Below are positions 41,042-55,034 of a stretch of 64,000 bases of DNA, piece by piece. The DNA is from the human T2T-CHM13v2.0 reference genome, Homo sapiens. Position 1 is the first letter of the stretch; every line of letters begins with the position of its first letter. The notes beneath the pieces were generated by a model. It made no database searches and was not told the DNA's origin. It saw only the letters and a program-made list of their open reading frames with translations. The translations under genes were made by a program, and so were the position numbers. The DNA is taken from assembly GCF_009914755.1 (NCBI RefSeq), contig NC_060926.1. One strand, 5' to 3'.

Positions 41042-42524
41042 AAAGATGGTGATTTAAGCACACCCTTCCCCTCTCTCTCAATTCAAATCCTTGGAAATGA
41101 AAAGATAAAAAATGTTAAACTGGGCTAGGTAGACATCAAAGGTTAAAGACAGAAAATTCATCCAAATTATAGACCATAGTAAGACACACCAGAAGGTAAA
41201 GAGATTAGTAACTCAAACAACATTGGACATGAATGAGTCAGTTCTGATCATGACTTTCTGGAGCACATGGCCTTGCCTTGACCTCTTAGATTGTTACTAA
41301 CCTATATAAACCCTTCAATAATTGGTAAAAATTAATTTTTTAAGCTCATTTACATATTTTTACCAAAGACAGGTCCGACAATTTTGTAACCTGCTTTTCT
41401 ACTTACACGTTTGTGTCATTAAATATTTTTCTCTAATATTATTTAAATGCTGTATGGTGTACTATAATATAGATTTACCATTATTTATTTAATACTGAAG
41501 TTAATATATAGTCATGATCTAAGCTCCATCCTAATTTTGTACCATATCTCATTTAGTCCTCACAATCATGCTATGCAGTGGATATTATTATTATTACACC
41601 CAACTTAAAAATTTATAAACATAAACTTTATGATATAACCTACCTCTTACAAGTTTATACATTGATTCTACTCTTATATACCTGCTTCCAAAATCTGTGG
41701 CAGGCTCAACTCTATTTCCCAAGTAATCACTGCATTTCAAGCATTTTTTTGTGCTCCAATACTTACCTGTGCCACAAAATTGGGAAGACAAAAGCAATTC
41801 AGATCACCACAGAAAAAAAATCACATTTAGCAGCCTACACCATAAAATGCAGTTTATTGCTGCCCCCAAGCTAGCTTTCAGAAAATACTTCCACATGATC
41901 TACGGCTTAATCCATAAATGGCCTAAGAAACTGGACTGCTGCCATGCAATGAATCCAAGAAGAGGGCTATTTTAAAGCTTCCTTCTTGAGCAACAACAAC
42001 AAAAAAAATAATGCGGGCTTCAAATGCTTGCTTTTTAAAAATAAGACAAAACTGAAAAGGTTGTTAATTTAGCTTCATAAAGAAAGCACTGAGTTTACTT
42101 AATAGGTTATAAGGGTACACTGTTATGCTAACGGTGAACATTTCTATTGTGTTAACTATTCATAAACATTTTGATGGGTAACCTTCACACCATCTGCATG
42201 TAAAGCAGGTATCCTTTCATCAAAAGAGATGCTCACAGTCAGCCTATCCTTCAAGATCTAAGTTAAAAGTCCTCACTTTTGTGATTATACTGTGCACCCT
42301 TGCAGTTTCTTTCCTGTCCTTCAGGTCCCAGGGAGCCTTATTAATTTTACAGATGCACCTCTCTCTGTGTTCAGTTAAGATAGTAAATGAGGAACCTGTG
42401 TTTCATACGCAAATTCTTGTTTAACGCAAAAAAATAGTGGCGAATGTCTTACACTTTAAAACTTTCTCAGAAACAGAAGTCATCATGAAGCGTGCAGAAA
42501 AGAAAATTGAGAGTGGGTTGGCAA

Positions 42525-43160
42525 TCATTTAGTGAGAGCTTTTTGTGCTCAGCACCACAGGAAAAGGTAGAGTAAGAACATTGCCAGGAGCTCAGTATCT
42601 TAAAGAAGGGGTGAGATCATTACAATTCCTTTAACACAAGCAAAACTAAAAAGTGTCATAGCAGTGAAACACAAAATGTGACATGCATGCTCCAGGGAGG
42701 AAAAGATTATACCTGTTTGGAAGAGTAATAAGGAAAGTTGCACTTGAAATGGACCTAGGTGGATTAATGTAATTTCTGGGACTGGAAGTGAAATTGATGA
42801 ATGGTGTTTCAGCCAGAGGGAACACATGGGGTCTGTTTCACATGGGAGAAAGTTCTGTAGAGCTCAAGAAGAGTCCGTGTGTAGAAGACGATAAAACATA
42901 AACTCTGATGTGCCATAGAGTTTGTATTTAAATTCATCGAAAATTTTTATGTAAGGATGTCATATTTGATATATTTGGGACTCAGGAAAAGTGAATATTG
43001 TATATATGTTTATGTTGGCTTGGAAGAAGCTTCTGGGAAAATAGTGCAGTTTGTCTTGGTCTTCTAACATAATAAGGTCTCAATGGGAAGGAAAAAGAGA
43101 ATCAAGATAGTAGATATGTTTTGGAAGTAGGATTTGTAAGACATAGAAAATTCACAGACT
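42525..43160 (-). mobile_element. L2 fragments
   Basis: CATTTAGTGAGAGCT..; TTTCAGCCAGAGGGAAC; GATATGTTTTGGAAGTAG. Confidence 0.55.
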
Positions 43161-43694
43161 GAGCCCAGAAATCAAATAGGCTTTAGAAATATTATCATAC
43201 CAGATTCAAAGAGAGAAAGCTATTAGACATTGTATTGGTAACATACATATATAATGTATATCTCTTAGGTTTATATTATGGAATTTCAATAAGCTCCTTT
43301 TTTGTCAGTTTAATTACCTTCTCTGTATCCTGGTATTGGGTCCATTTTACCAATAAGAAATCAAAAAGCAGTAAAGTATTGCTCCCAACACAGCTGAAGT
43401 TGCTTGGGTGCCTGGTTCTCTAAACTACAGATCAGTGAATCACTTTATAATTTCTCAGAAAGCCAGACGGGTGTTTTAAGTGTACTTGTGGGATTCTCAC
43501 TTGAATAGCTCCCATCTGGGAATGGATTAATTAAAGGGATAATGGAGGTGTATTATATCAACCTCTGCAGATGTGAAGAATTATTATTTTAGCTCTCCAC
43601 TTTCTGCACTCATCTAAATCAGATTTTCAGCACGTTTTAATAGACAGCAATTATTATGCACTCACTCTGTAATGTGATTTAGCCTTGCTTAAGG

Positions 43695-43960
43695 AAAGGC
43701 AGCATAGTAATACAGGGGTTAAGAGTGTGGGCTTGGACATGAAGTTTCCCCAGGTTTAAATCCTATTTCTAGCATTTTACTTCCCATTTGATCTTGAACA
43801 AGTTACTTAACATCTCTGTACTTCAAGTTCCTTGTCTGTAAGATGGAGATGGTAATAATAGTATCTTCATTACATGATCCTTCTAAAGATTAGAGGCACT
43901 CTTACCTGTAGCAACTAGAAGAGTGCCTATCACATAGAAAATGCTCATTGAATATTGATT
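43695..43960 (+). mobile_element. Near-complete MIR
   Basis: GGCAGCATAG..GGTTAAGAGTGTGGGCTTGG..CTTGAACAAGTTACTTAACATCTCTG..CTGTAAGATGGAGAT. Confidence 0.85.
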
Positions 43961-44533
43961 ACAACATTTATGCATCCTGTGTCCCAAACTAGAAAGTAAG
44001 ATCTTTGAGAATAGGGAATGACTTAAGTAATTCATTTTGAACCCTTTCTGATTTTCAACATAATACACTTAGGTTGAGTATAGTAAAACTATTAGAGAAC
44101 ATTTCGATCTGCAGAGATTCTCTGATACCACAAACATTCAATAAATGGGAAGGTCTGAATGGAGCTATAAACCTAATAAATTTTGAAGAAAGAAAAATCT
44201 GAAACTGAGGGTTCTAGAGAAATTGAGACTGTGTGAAGGGAGTTGCTTTTGGCTATTATTTCTTTCCTCCACATACTGTAAGTAAACTGCAGTGGTATGG
44301 TTGAGGCCACAGACTAGTTAATTTTGCTTACTGTGAGGAAATTGGATCTGAAAAGAAATGCCCTGTCTAAAGCCAGACTTGAGTTTCAAGGGCAAATCTG
44401 TGAAGAGTTGGAGAAGACAAGGAACCCAGATCCTTCAATGAGCATGGAACACATAGCCAACCAGACCATAGCTTATAAGTTCTACACTTACTAGCTATGT
44501 GACAAACATAATACCTTTCCTTACATACAACTG

Positions 44534-44572
44534 CTCTCTCTCTCTCTCTCTCTCTCTATCTCTGTCTCTGTA

Positions 44573-44620
<48 letters not shown>

Positions 44621-44621
44621 A
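44534..44621. repeat. (CT)n(CA)n compound microsatellite
   Basis: Read directly. Confidence 0.92.
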
Positions 44622-45574
44622 AACAGATTTCCTAAGGCAAGGTTTTGATGAGATCTTACCAGTAATAATTCAGGGACATAGTGACTATAAATCTCATATT
44701 TCTGAGTGCCTATGTAAAATTTATGAAATAAAAATTAGAATTTCTACAATATATAACCTTAAATATCTATGGCTTGTTTTGACCTTAATATGACAGCTCA
44801 TACACATTTTTATGTATGGTATGATATGTTTCTAAGCATCCTCTTATTTGATTAAAGAATTCTATGTATTTATGAGCTTTTATTTTCTGAAAAATGCATG
44901 TTTTAAAGTTTTGAGAAGTATAAAAATGGCTGAATCATGAATTGGATCTCAAAGAAACCTAGAATGAATGCTAATGACACATAAGAAGAAAGATCAAGCT
45001 GACTAGAAAATAGAGTTAGACCTCTTCCGTGATAAAGGACAGAGGACACTGACGGAAGACAAGCCATGAAAAATGAGCAGAGGACATTTGTCTATACCAA
45101 CCAAATGGGGGAACCACTCAAAGCAGCAATGCAGATGAGCACTGCGTCAGAAACCCACATGACGGTGCCACTGCTTCAGGGCAGATGACTGGGAACAAGA
45201 GTTAACTAAATCAGGTCAATTCAGTTATAGTGTATTAACAACAACGGGATGGAGTGGAGTGGAATATGATCCACCAGGCACAAGCGATGTGCACTAAGGT
45301 CTTTGATCTTCAGTCTCCTCGTGTCTAAATCGAGATGATAACAATCTCACCAAGTGATTTCAAGGCAGTGTGTCTAACCTACAACCGATCCCTCTCCCTA
45401 GGAACACGGCTTCTTTCTGCCAACTGGTGTGGTCCATTATCACCCCAGGGATGGGAAATGGGAGTATTGACCGCTCCAACAACTTGCCAGCAGCTCCCTA
45501 GGAAAGCCAGAAACTCAAAAAATTTCCTCCTCACTGCAGAGGAAGCCAGGTCTAAGTAAAAATAATGTTACTAA

Positions 45575-45633
45575 TGTAGCTGATATTTATGAAATGTTTA
45601 CAATGTGCCAAGGGCTGTGGTAAACACTATATG

Positions 45634-45691
<58 letters not shown>

Positions 45692-45890
45692 TATATATAC
45701 ACACACATATATATACATATATAATTGTCTATTTAATCTTCAAGACAGACTTATGATATAGATATGATTACTCTTCCTGATTTATGGAGAAGAAAACTGA
45801 GCCTCCAAAATGTTAAATAATTTGGTTCAAAATGCACAGCTTGTTAAGTGGCAGGGCCAGTCCTTGACCCTAACCATTGCACCACACTGT
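45575..45890 (-). mobile_element. MIR containing a (TA)/(CA) microsatellite at ~45628-45723
   Basis: GTTTACAATGTGCCAAGG..GAAGAAAACTGAG..GTTAAATAATTTG. Confidence 0.8.
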
Positions 45891-48280
45891 CTCCGAATGA
45901 GCTAGTTCTTGTGCAGCTTGAACAAGAAGCTTTATCGAGTATAAATCACATGAGGCTTTATAACACCATGTTCTCAGAGTCCTCCATGACTAGCTCTGCT
46001 TCAGACTCCAGAGGCCTAATGCACCTGCCCTGGTAAAGGAAATCTTAGGAAGACTGAGAGCCTGGCAGTCTAATGGAAAAATAGTTTAAATAGAAAAGAG
46101 GGAATCTTAACTTAAAATTAACATTTATTTCTTCTTTGTTCCTTCATCAAATGTTATTTCCTGTGTCTTGTTTAAAATTAATGTACTGCTTATAATTCCT
46201 AGTGTTACTAAGAATGCATTTTTGAGAAAAAAGAAAAACTGAGGTACCTCTCATTCTACGCTTGCCTATGAACAGATGTCTATTTTGGCTGAATCACTAA
46301 AAAGTGAATCTACTAATAACTAAGGCACGTCTTTTAAAAGGCAAGCATCAAAATCAGCCACCGTGTGCAAAACCTCAAATATAAATAGCAAGCAAACAAA
46401 ACAGAAGTTATTTGCAGAGGCAGCCACTGCAACAGAAAAGTCTTCAGGGGTAAGCAGACCTGGGTTCAAGAGCCTCCAAGTGATGTCTAAACGCTACCAC
46501 TTGGGCCCAAGACTTCTTCCCAGACTGCTTTTACAATATTGTTGGACTGGGACCTCCCTGGGTGGCTTACTCATCCTCACTACCAGTCATTCAAGTCTTA
46601 CTCCTCCATAAAGGCCACCTTAAACGCCCCCTCCTCATCAAGCACACCCTGACTGCCCATCCAGAAGCCATCGTATCTTCTTTGCCTCCCTTGACATTTA
46701 CTTTGCCCAAATGGGCTGGAAATACATGCCATGAAATCGTTACCTGTGAGCTCTTCTCTGGCAGGGCCATTTCTGAGTCTCTCAGGGGCCTAGGACATCA
46801 CCTGACCATAGTGGGTGCTCAATGCACTTGGCTAAAGCAACACCTGAAATCATAAGCATAGTTCATAGCATCCACCGAACCACTCAGAAAGAAAAATGGT
46901 ACGGTTAATACTTATCAAGTATCATGATGAAGTGAAATAAAAAATGCAGAGATGTAACTTATGAAAGTGGAATGAGTTCACAAAGGGCCTCGTGGCTTTT
47001 ATCATTTGGGGACATCTTTAATGTTCCAGGCCCTGAGCTCATGTGAGTAAACTATAAAACCAGACCTGAATATCAAATGCATGGAAGTCAGCCAAGATGA
47101 AAAAAAAATAAGGGCCAGACAAAATTGGCAGAATGAAAGCACCATAAAAGGCAGAGACTAACACCAAAGGGACAGCGGCCATGTGGGTGGGAGAGACTGA
47201 AGAAGGAGACCACCTGACATGCACAGGCTTCAGTTCCCAATTCACTGAGCCAAGAACTCAGAACTAATCAAAGAAAGGCTGCCACAGGACTACACAAAGC
47301 AGATGCCGCATGCCCTCCTTTTATGAAGCTTTTCCTTTATCTGCTGTTTCCAACCGAGCTTACTGCCTCCAATGACAGGTGAAGCGCTTCTAAGACTAAG
47401 AAGGAAGCCATGTTCTTGTTATACCCCTGCCTTATCCACAGGCAGGCACCACCATGCCTGAGCAGCTTACGCAAGCAATCAGTTCTCTTCCCATTTATAT
47501 TTATATTTACATTCACTTATATTTTTGTTCACCAGGACATCTTGTTTTTTTGACACAAATAGCACCAGTAAAACCAATCCTCAACTGGGTGGAGAAAGCC
47601 GAACCAGTGACTGGGAACCTTCTAATAATTTCTCTGCTTCCAGCTTCCTAGCATTCCAGAAAACTCCCGTCCACCTAAGGAGATACCACAATCACAGGTA
47701 AAAATCTTCCATATGTTCCTCAACCATAAGGATGTCCCCTCCAGACCTCCAATTAAAGGGGGAACAATTGACCAAGGGCCCCAACTGCTGTGCTCTGAAG
47801 TCTACCCCAAGGCTGCACCCAGGCCACTCTCCCCACCGGCTGTTGCCAGCCAATGCCTGAGAGCAGCAGAGGTACAGGCCCATTCTGGGGAGACCTAGGA
47901 CTGTTTGGGTGGTTAAAGTTGGCTTGAGGAGTCTCCAATGCCTTTACACCCAATCCTTAGACTTCAGGACAGTCTGGGATGCTTTTATTCACCCCATATT
48001 CACTCCTTCACTCAAGATCACAGGGCGACTTCTCTCCCACACTTTCCTGACCTGACTCCCTCCTCATTTTCTCTTCCAGATGTTTTGTGTAATAATCTTG
48101 TCTTGACACCTGATTCTCAGAAAAACCAGCTAACACTTGCCCTACACAACTATACATTTGCTGATTTAGTCACTTTTGAAATATTTGCTAACCATATACT
48201 ACTTCTAAAGCACTATGCTAATAAGCACTCTGGGGCTACAAAAAAGAAACTGAGCCCTGACCTCAAAAAGCCACAGAATA

Positions 48281-48589
<309 letters not shown>

Positions 48590-51183
48590 TTAGGAGAGAA
48601 GATAAATACATAGATATTGGTAAGTGCTATATTAGAGGAAAGTGCACAAAAGTGTGGAAGCCCATGATGGAGTGATGTGGAAAGCAAATGTGGAGGATTC
48701 ATATAGGCTTCTGAGCCAAATACTAAACTAAAAAGAAGGGTTTCTCAATAAGCTTGTCTCCTTTGTGGATTAACTCTTGAAACAAATCCCAGTGCTACAT
48801 TGTTAGGTGGGCACCTGTGAGAGAAAGATCTATAGGCACAAGACAGTGACACTGGGGCAGAATCACACTCCTACGCTTTTGAAGTAAATTTCATTTATCT
48901 TTAGAAAACAGCTTGGCTTGCAAAACCCCCAGAAGCTATGCAGAGCCCTGAGAAACAATGAAAGAGCAAAAAGAAACTTCTGCTTCAACATAAAACATCT
49001 CCTCAACGTCATCATATGCAAGAGGTATTTAACATTTTAATTAGTCCTTGAGGTTTAAAAATAAATATCAAAAATATGGATATTTAAGTGGAACCTATTA
49101 TTTTGTCAAAAATAAAGAATCCCATTTAGGAGAAAAAAGTGAACTCACTGGGAGGCAATATGTGGCTATGCCCCAGTCTGTTCTCATCCTCTTGCTTCAG
49201 GCTACACTGAGAGAGATGTGGCAGAAAAGAATGACACCAGAGCCCTAAGCCTGTTTCTAGTCCTGGCATCACCCCTGTCTCAGAGCAACCTAGAGCAACT
49301 GCTTTACTTCTAGACGTGTTTTCTCATGGTTCGAATTATCTCTAAGTTCACTGCCAGCTTTAACCTTTTAAGTCCTTAAATTTAATGAACTCATAAGAGC
49401 AAATGGAAAGTTACAGCCTCATCAAAAGAGAGTTTGCAAATGATGACTGCAGGTGAAGAAAGGGGAATTTGGCATGGGAGGCATGAGGCAACATGTGTGT
49501 TTGCCACCGGTCAGGTGGCTTTCTGTGCCATTAAATGGATATGACCTCTTATCTGTCACTAAACCAGAACGGCAGCAACAGAAGGCACCCAACATTGTAG
49601 GTGAAAAACCAAAGCCCGGAAGAACTTTAGATTCTAAGCAGCAATTAAAGGTGTTGTCTTAGTTGACAGTGAGGCCTCCTCGTCACAAAGTGGACAAGAG
49701 TACTCCCTGCATAGCCTTTCGCATACACAGTCACACCTCTGGATGTCAATCTGAAGAGAGAAGGTAACAAGGAGTCCTCAAACTGCACCCAAACAGAGGA
49801 AAATGGTCTCAAGTGATAGTCTGTGGATGAGATCAAAGCTAATAGTTTTAAATATATTTCTCAAGAAAGTTGAACACTTTGAAGTCTAACACTCAGAAAG
49901 ATCACTCTAAACACATTGTAATGGAATGTGAGTCACCAAGTACAAGGTGGGTGTAGAAGAGCAAAAGCAAAAAGTTACACCGGAGACAAGGTTTAGGGTG
50001 TTGAGGATTTGTTTTTGAAACTTTCTTGTTATTTTGCTAACAGGAACACTCTTTGTCTTCCCACTCAGAATGTCATTCCAGGGCCAACATCAAATCAGAG
50101 AACTAGGCCAAATGTCTGGGTCCCCTGGAAGTAGCAATAGCTTTTAAAAATTAGAGGCAATTTATTTTTCTTTGAGTCATAAGACTATAGAACATTAGAT
50201 TTAGGAGGAATCTCTGAGGTCATCCAAGTGCACATCCCTCATGTGTTGGGCAAAGTGCAGGCATAAGTGAATTGTCAATGGTCATGTACAAGATTGGAGT
50301 CAGGTCTCAGAAGAGAATTTTCATGTCTCAGCTCCATGCTCTTCCTATCATAATATGCTATTTGTGTTAATAATCATCCCAGAATGCAAAACCATCCCAT
50401 TATCCCCTTAGGCTAGACGTGTAGTCATACTACCCAGAATCACAATTTGCTGAGGGCACTCGGTAAATGTCTGCTGAATGAAGACATCCTTTCCAGGAAT
50501 ATGGCCAAGCCATGTTTTGCAGGTATTCTGAACTCTCAAAACAAGCTAAATGGTCTGTTATGTGTCACTAAGTAACAAAAGATGAAAAGAAAAGGGCTAT
50601 ATTTTTTAGTTCATTTCTAGGACATTGTGGGAGTTGCACATCTGAAACAAGTCTCCCGCTTCCTTTTCTATCAAGGCTATCATTCAGTCAAGGAAAAGTT
50701 CCTTAATGTACTTTAAAATGTGCTTTATATTTTCAAGGACAATGCTAAAACTGCCCAAAAGTGAACTTTTTAAGAAAGCAGCAGCCGCTAGCATCAGAGT
50801 CCATCAGAACCTTCATTCTCCATGTAAGTAGTGTCTGCTTTGATCTTACCACAGCATAAAGTGCCCCTCTCCTCTGAGAAAGGGCCCATTGGCTTGAACT
50901 CTGCATGGCCCAGAAAGTCCCAGACCCAATAATCTAAGGTAAAATTAGAATTTATGAAAATGAATGTAACTGGAGATTCGGAGTGAGTGTAGTCAGAATC
51001 ACCCACCTATGAATATTGGAGTATCTGAAGACATCTTCTCTATCTCCACTTTTCTCAGATAGTGACCTCACCCAGCCTCAGGGCTTCAAATACAATCTAT
51101 GTGCAGATAAAAGCTAATACACATCTTATCTCCAACCTCTCCCTGGACTTCGTAGTCATCTATCCAGCTGCTTACTTGACATC

Positions 51184-51597
51184 TGTTATAGATTGAATCA
51201 TGTCCCCCCAAAATCCATGTTTCCTAATACTTAGTACTTCAGAACATGACATTACTTGGATAGAAAATCTTTATAGAGGTAATTGAGTTACAATGAGATT
51301 ATTAGTGTGACTCTTAATCCAATATAATTGGCATACTTACAAGAAGAGGAAATGTGAACACAGACACACATAGAGAGAAGATGATATAAAGACATATAGA
51401 GAGAAGACAGCCACTGACATGCCAAGGTGAGAGGCCAGGAACAAATCCTTCTGTCACAGATGTTAGAAGGAACCAACTCAGTCAACACCTTGATCTCGGA
51501 CATCTAGTCTCCAGAACTGTGAGGCAGTAAGTTTCTGTTGCTTAAGCCACCCAGAAAATTTGTATTACCTTGTTGCAGCAGCCCCAGCAAACTAACA
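51184..51597 (+). mobile_element. MLT1B solo LTR
   Basis: TGTTATAGATTGAATCATGTCCCCCCAAAATCC ... CTCCAGAACTGTGAG..TTAAGCCACCCAG..GCAGCCCCAGCAAACTAAC; approximate TSD ACATC/ACGTC. Confidence 0.9.
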
Positions 51598-52366
51598 CGT
51601 CTCTGTTTAAATATCTAATAAATGCCCTAAATTTAACATGTCCAAGCCCCCAGCTGAGATTCTACTTGTTTCTGCCTGGTGCTCTCCAATATCCCCAATC
51701 TCAGCAGATGAAATTCCAGTCTACAGCCAACAACAATGAAATCACTCTTGAATCACCAGTTTTTCTCCTATCTGTTAAAATGTTTCATTTCTAAAATAAT
51801 TCTGTATTTGATTACATTCAAATTATATCCAAAAATAGGTCACTGCTCACCTCTGTTCACTTTTGTCACCTAAATCAAGCTACCATCACCTCTCACCTGA
51901 ATTTTTAGAATTGCCCCCTTACTTGTCTCTTTCCTTCCACACTTTCCCTCCCATAATCAAATCTCCACACAGCAGAAAGAGTGGTCCTTTTAGAAGGCAA
52001 GAGAGATTTGTGAATCTTCTGCTCAAGATCCCACAAGGGTTTTTTTTAATCTATATTTATTTGACGTACTACCAAGTTATACAATGATCCACTTGCGTTT
52101 TCATCCTGGGTAACCTTCAGACCTCTTCTTCTATCTCTTTCTGCATTTCACTCCTTCTGTTCCAATAAATCTAACCTCCTTGCTATTCCTCAAACAGTCC
52201 AGCCATGTTCCTGCCCCAGGGCTCTTGAACTTACTGCTCCCTCCTAGCAGAATCATCTTTCCTGAGATACCTGTTGCCTTATTGTCTTTCCTTATTAATG
52301 TTGCTGCTGAAATAGCACCTGATCCAGAAAGTCTTTATGACTTCCTATCTAAATAGCATCCTTTGT

Positions 52367-52824
52367 TGTAAATGGAGAAGTAAGTCCCCCTCATGGAGTC
52401 TTTAAGAATCATTTCAAAATAGCCATGGAAATCACACTCAGAGAGGCATATGAAATTAGAGGATTTATTATACTCACAGATCCTAGAGGAGAGAGGCACA
52501 CCATGCCATGCCAGGGGCCACTTGAGAGAAGCTCCCAGGGAGTGAGCTCAACTGAGCAGATGGCGAGCTGAACAGGGGAAAGTGAGGACCTGTGGGCAAG
52601 TGGCCTTATTGGGGGTCAGAATGGAGTCCACAAGCCAAAGGCACAAGGGGGTTTCATTGGTGTGGTTGAATGTCATTAGGTCCCATTCAGGAGTGGGCAA
52701 GAAGGGGCCCTTTTGGAAGGGAACAGCCCTGTCTGTCATACTGGTGCACCTGGACAACCAGGCAGGGTGCTCATAGCCTGCTCGTGGGAATGTTGAGGCA
52801 TCAAGGCAATATAAAGATTTAACA
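52367..52824 (-). mobile_element. ERVL-type solo LTR (MER70/MER76-like; family uncertain)
   Basis: TG...CA ends inside a collinear L2; TTTATTATACTCACAG (reverse poly(A) signal) and CATGCCATGCCAGGGGCCAC. Confidence 0.55.
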
Positions 52825-54569
52825 ATTTGCAGTACATACCCCCATATATTTCATTGCTTATTGTTATGTTTCTCCCACAAGACTCTCCGAAAGACCAGAC
52901 ATTGTGTGTTCTGTTTGTTGCCGTGATCCTATCACCCAGAATAGTACCTGGCATCTAGTATGTGTTCATGAAATATTTGTTGAGGAAAATTTTTAAAGGA
53001 GAGAGGGGAAGGATGAAGGAAGAAAGAAAAGAATTCCCATTTATCTGAGTATGTCAGTAAACCCATGGGGCAGCCTGAGAGATGACTATTTTCATGAAGA
53101 ATAAGGAATCTTTTGAGACTAATCCTAAGGGAAAGAAAAAGCCTGAGATTGAGTCAATAAGTGAATTCTGAGTCATCAAGAGGAAGGTTGGGTCTAATTA
53201 TAGCATGGTGACGATTACTAGGCTTTGTCTTCTGGTTCAGTCCTCACTGGACTCAGATCTAAATCTTTTAAGAAACAGAGGGGTTATAAGTAAAATATGA
53301 AAAAGCTTTTTAATTAAAGTTCTGTACAACTTTGGGAGCTACATGCATTGCTGGAGCACTGAGGGAGATGGACATCTTTGACCATGCATTACAGGGCAGC
53401 CTTCGTGTCTTGAAGGCTAAAGTGTACTGATGGAGTCCTCAACAGAAACTATAGTATCACACTGTGCCCCAGGGAGCTTAAATTTCCCAGAGGACATTGG
53501 AGACCTGCAGAGACTATGGGGCCCAGTAGAGAAACAGCAATAACTAGAAAAACTGCAGTGACAGACAAAGTAAACTCTGTACCCAAGCAGAGCAGACTTT
53601 TTTCTTGAGAACTAGTAACTTACTCCCCAGGGACTTCTAGAAATTCATAGGAGGGCAATAGTTTAGTGAGCCAAAGGTACGATGTTCTGTAGGTCTATCT
53701 ACAAGCCTGTGAAATTTCAGTTTATATTACTATGATCTCTTTTGCACCCTGAAACTTGTGAGTTCCAGAAAAATTCAGCATATATGTATATCATATGCTT
53801 TAGGTAATGACATTTGAGATATCAATCTTCCAAATATTGAACATGACTTAGCCTTTTCCTGCCACCTGAGGATTTTTATTAGCAGTATTAAGCATAGTGC
53901 TGTCTACTGTTGATGCCCTCAAGCCTTCTAAACTATATTATGGTATTCACCCCTGAACTAAATAGCCCTATTGGGCACTTGTGTCTGCTTGGTTCATTTG
54001 TGTCAGAATAAGATATTTAAAATTAGAACTGCTAGTGGCTACTTTTCATTGCTGTCAATGTACCTGTTTCTAAAAATGGCATATTTCTTTCCATTTTTTT
54101 CTTTCCATTCTGCCATGGGAAACCAAATCTCAAGCTATAATTCATGTTGAGTTACCAAATACATGGAAGTCAAACAATATTCCAGAAAATGCTATAGAGA
54201 ATAAAAGATGAGTAAGATGCCACGTCTGTCCTCTAGGACAAGTGGATGAGCACCAGAGGGGCTCTCATCTGAGAAAAATACTTATGCTTTAGTCCATGAG
54301 TTTTGCCACATCCATTGTGCCTAGGCAAAGGCTGGTTATACATGGTTCATGATTCCTGGCTGTAGTTCAGATGAGATGCAGTTACTGAGAGACAGCTTCA
54401 GAAGAGTAAGATTTTGCTGTGTGTATACACTTTTTGACACATACACACACGCATGCACACACAGGGTAAATTCCCAAATCAACAGTGTAGTAAGAGAATT
54501 ATTATTATAAAGCATTCTAGATAAAGCAGCTTGATCAGGAAATCCACATCGTTATGCTGGCTTGCAATA

Positions 54570-54770
54570 GAAGCTAGCATTTATTAAGTGCCCATTCTAG
54601 TCAGGAACTTAGCTATGCCGTTATATATAACATCTCATTTGATTCTCACATCATCTCTCCATGAAAATAGGTGCGGAAAGCAAATTCAGAAAGTTTGACT
54701 TTGAAAAATAGACAAAACCAGGATTTGAACCCAAATTGCAGAATCCTCAGCCTACATTCTCAATCACACC
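54570..54770 (-). mobile_element. MIR
   Basis: AGCATTTATTAAGTGCC..CATCTCATTTGATTCTCAC..CAGGATTTGAACCCA. Confidence 0.75.
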
Positions 54771-54978
54771 ATCCTTTTTTTCAGCCCTTGCAACAGAAAA
54801 TCACTTGAAAGGAACTTACTCTACCACGTTGCCCTTTAAGGCCAGGTGGACAAACATTGTGGAATTATTCTTTCCTAAGTAAAGACATTCCCAGACCATG
54901 AAATCCTCACTCTGGAAGTTTCTGATTGGGGAATTAGGCCAAATACAGGTTACATCATAAGACTTTGAGTATCCCTTT

Positions 54979-55034
54979 ATTATGAAATGCATTATTTTTA
55001 TTCAACATTATGAAATGCATTATTTTTATTCAAC
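54979..55034. repeat. Perfect 28-bp tandem duplication
   Basis: ATTATGAAATGCATTATTTTTATTCAAC x2. Confidence 0.95.

Larger units (their letters stand above)
51040..52985 (+). mobile_element. L2a (~1 kb of L2 sequence) interrupted by MLT1B and an ERVL-like LTR
   Basis: GGCTTCAAATACAATCTATGTGCAGA, CTCCACACAGCAG, CCTCCTTGCTATTCCTCAAAC, 3' end ACCTGGCATCTAG..AAATATTTGTTGA. Confidence 0.8.

Noticed and set aside
54248-54265. CTCF-like motif GCACCAGAGGGGCT (weaker ones near 19407 and 52553)
   Set aside because: Core spacing or key positions deviate from consensus.
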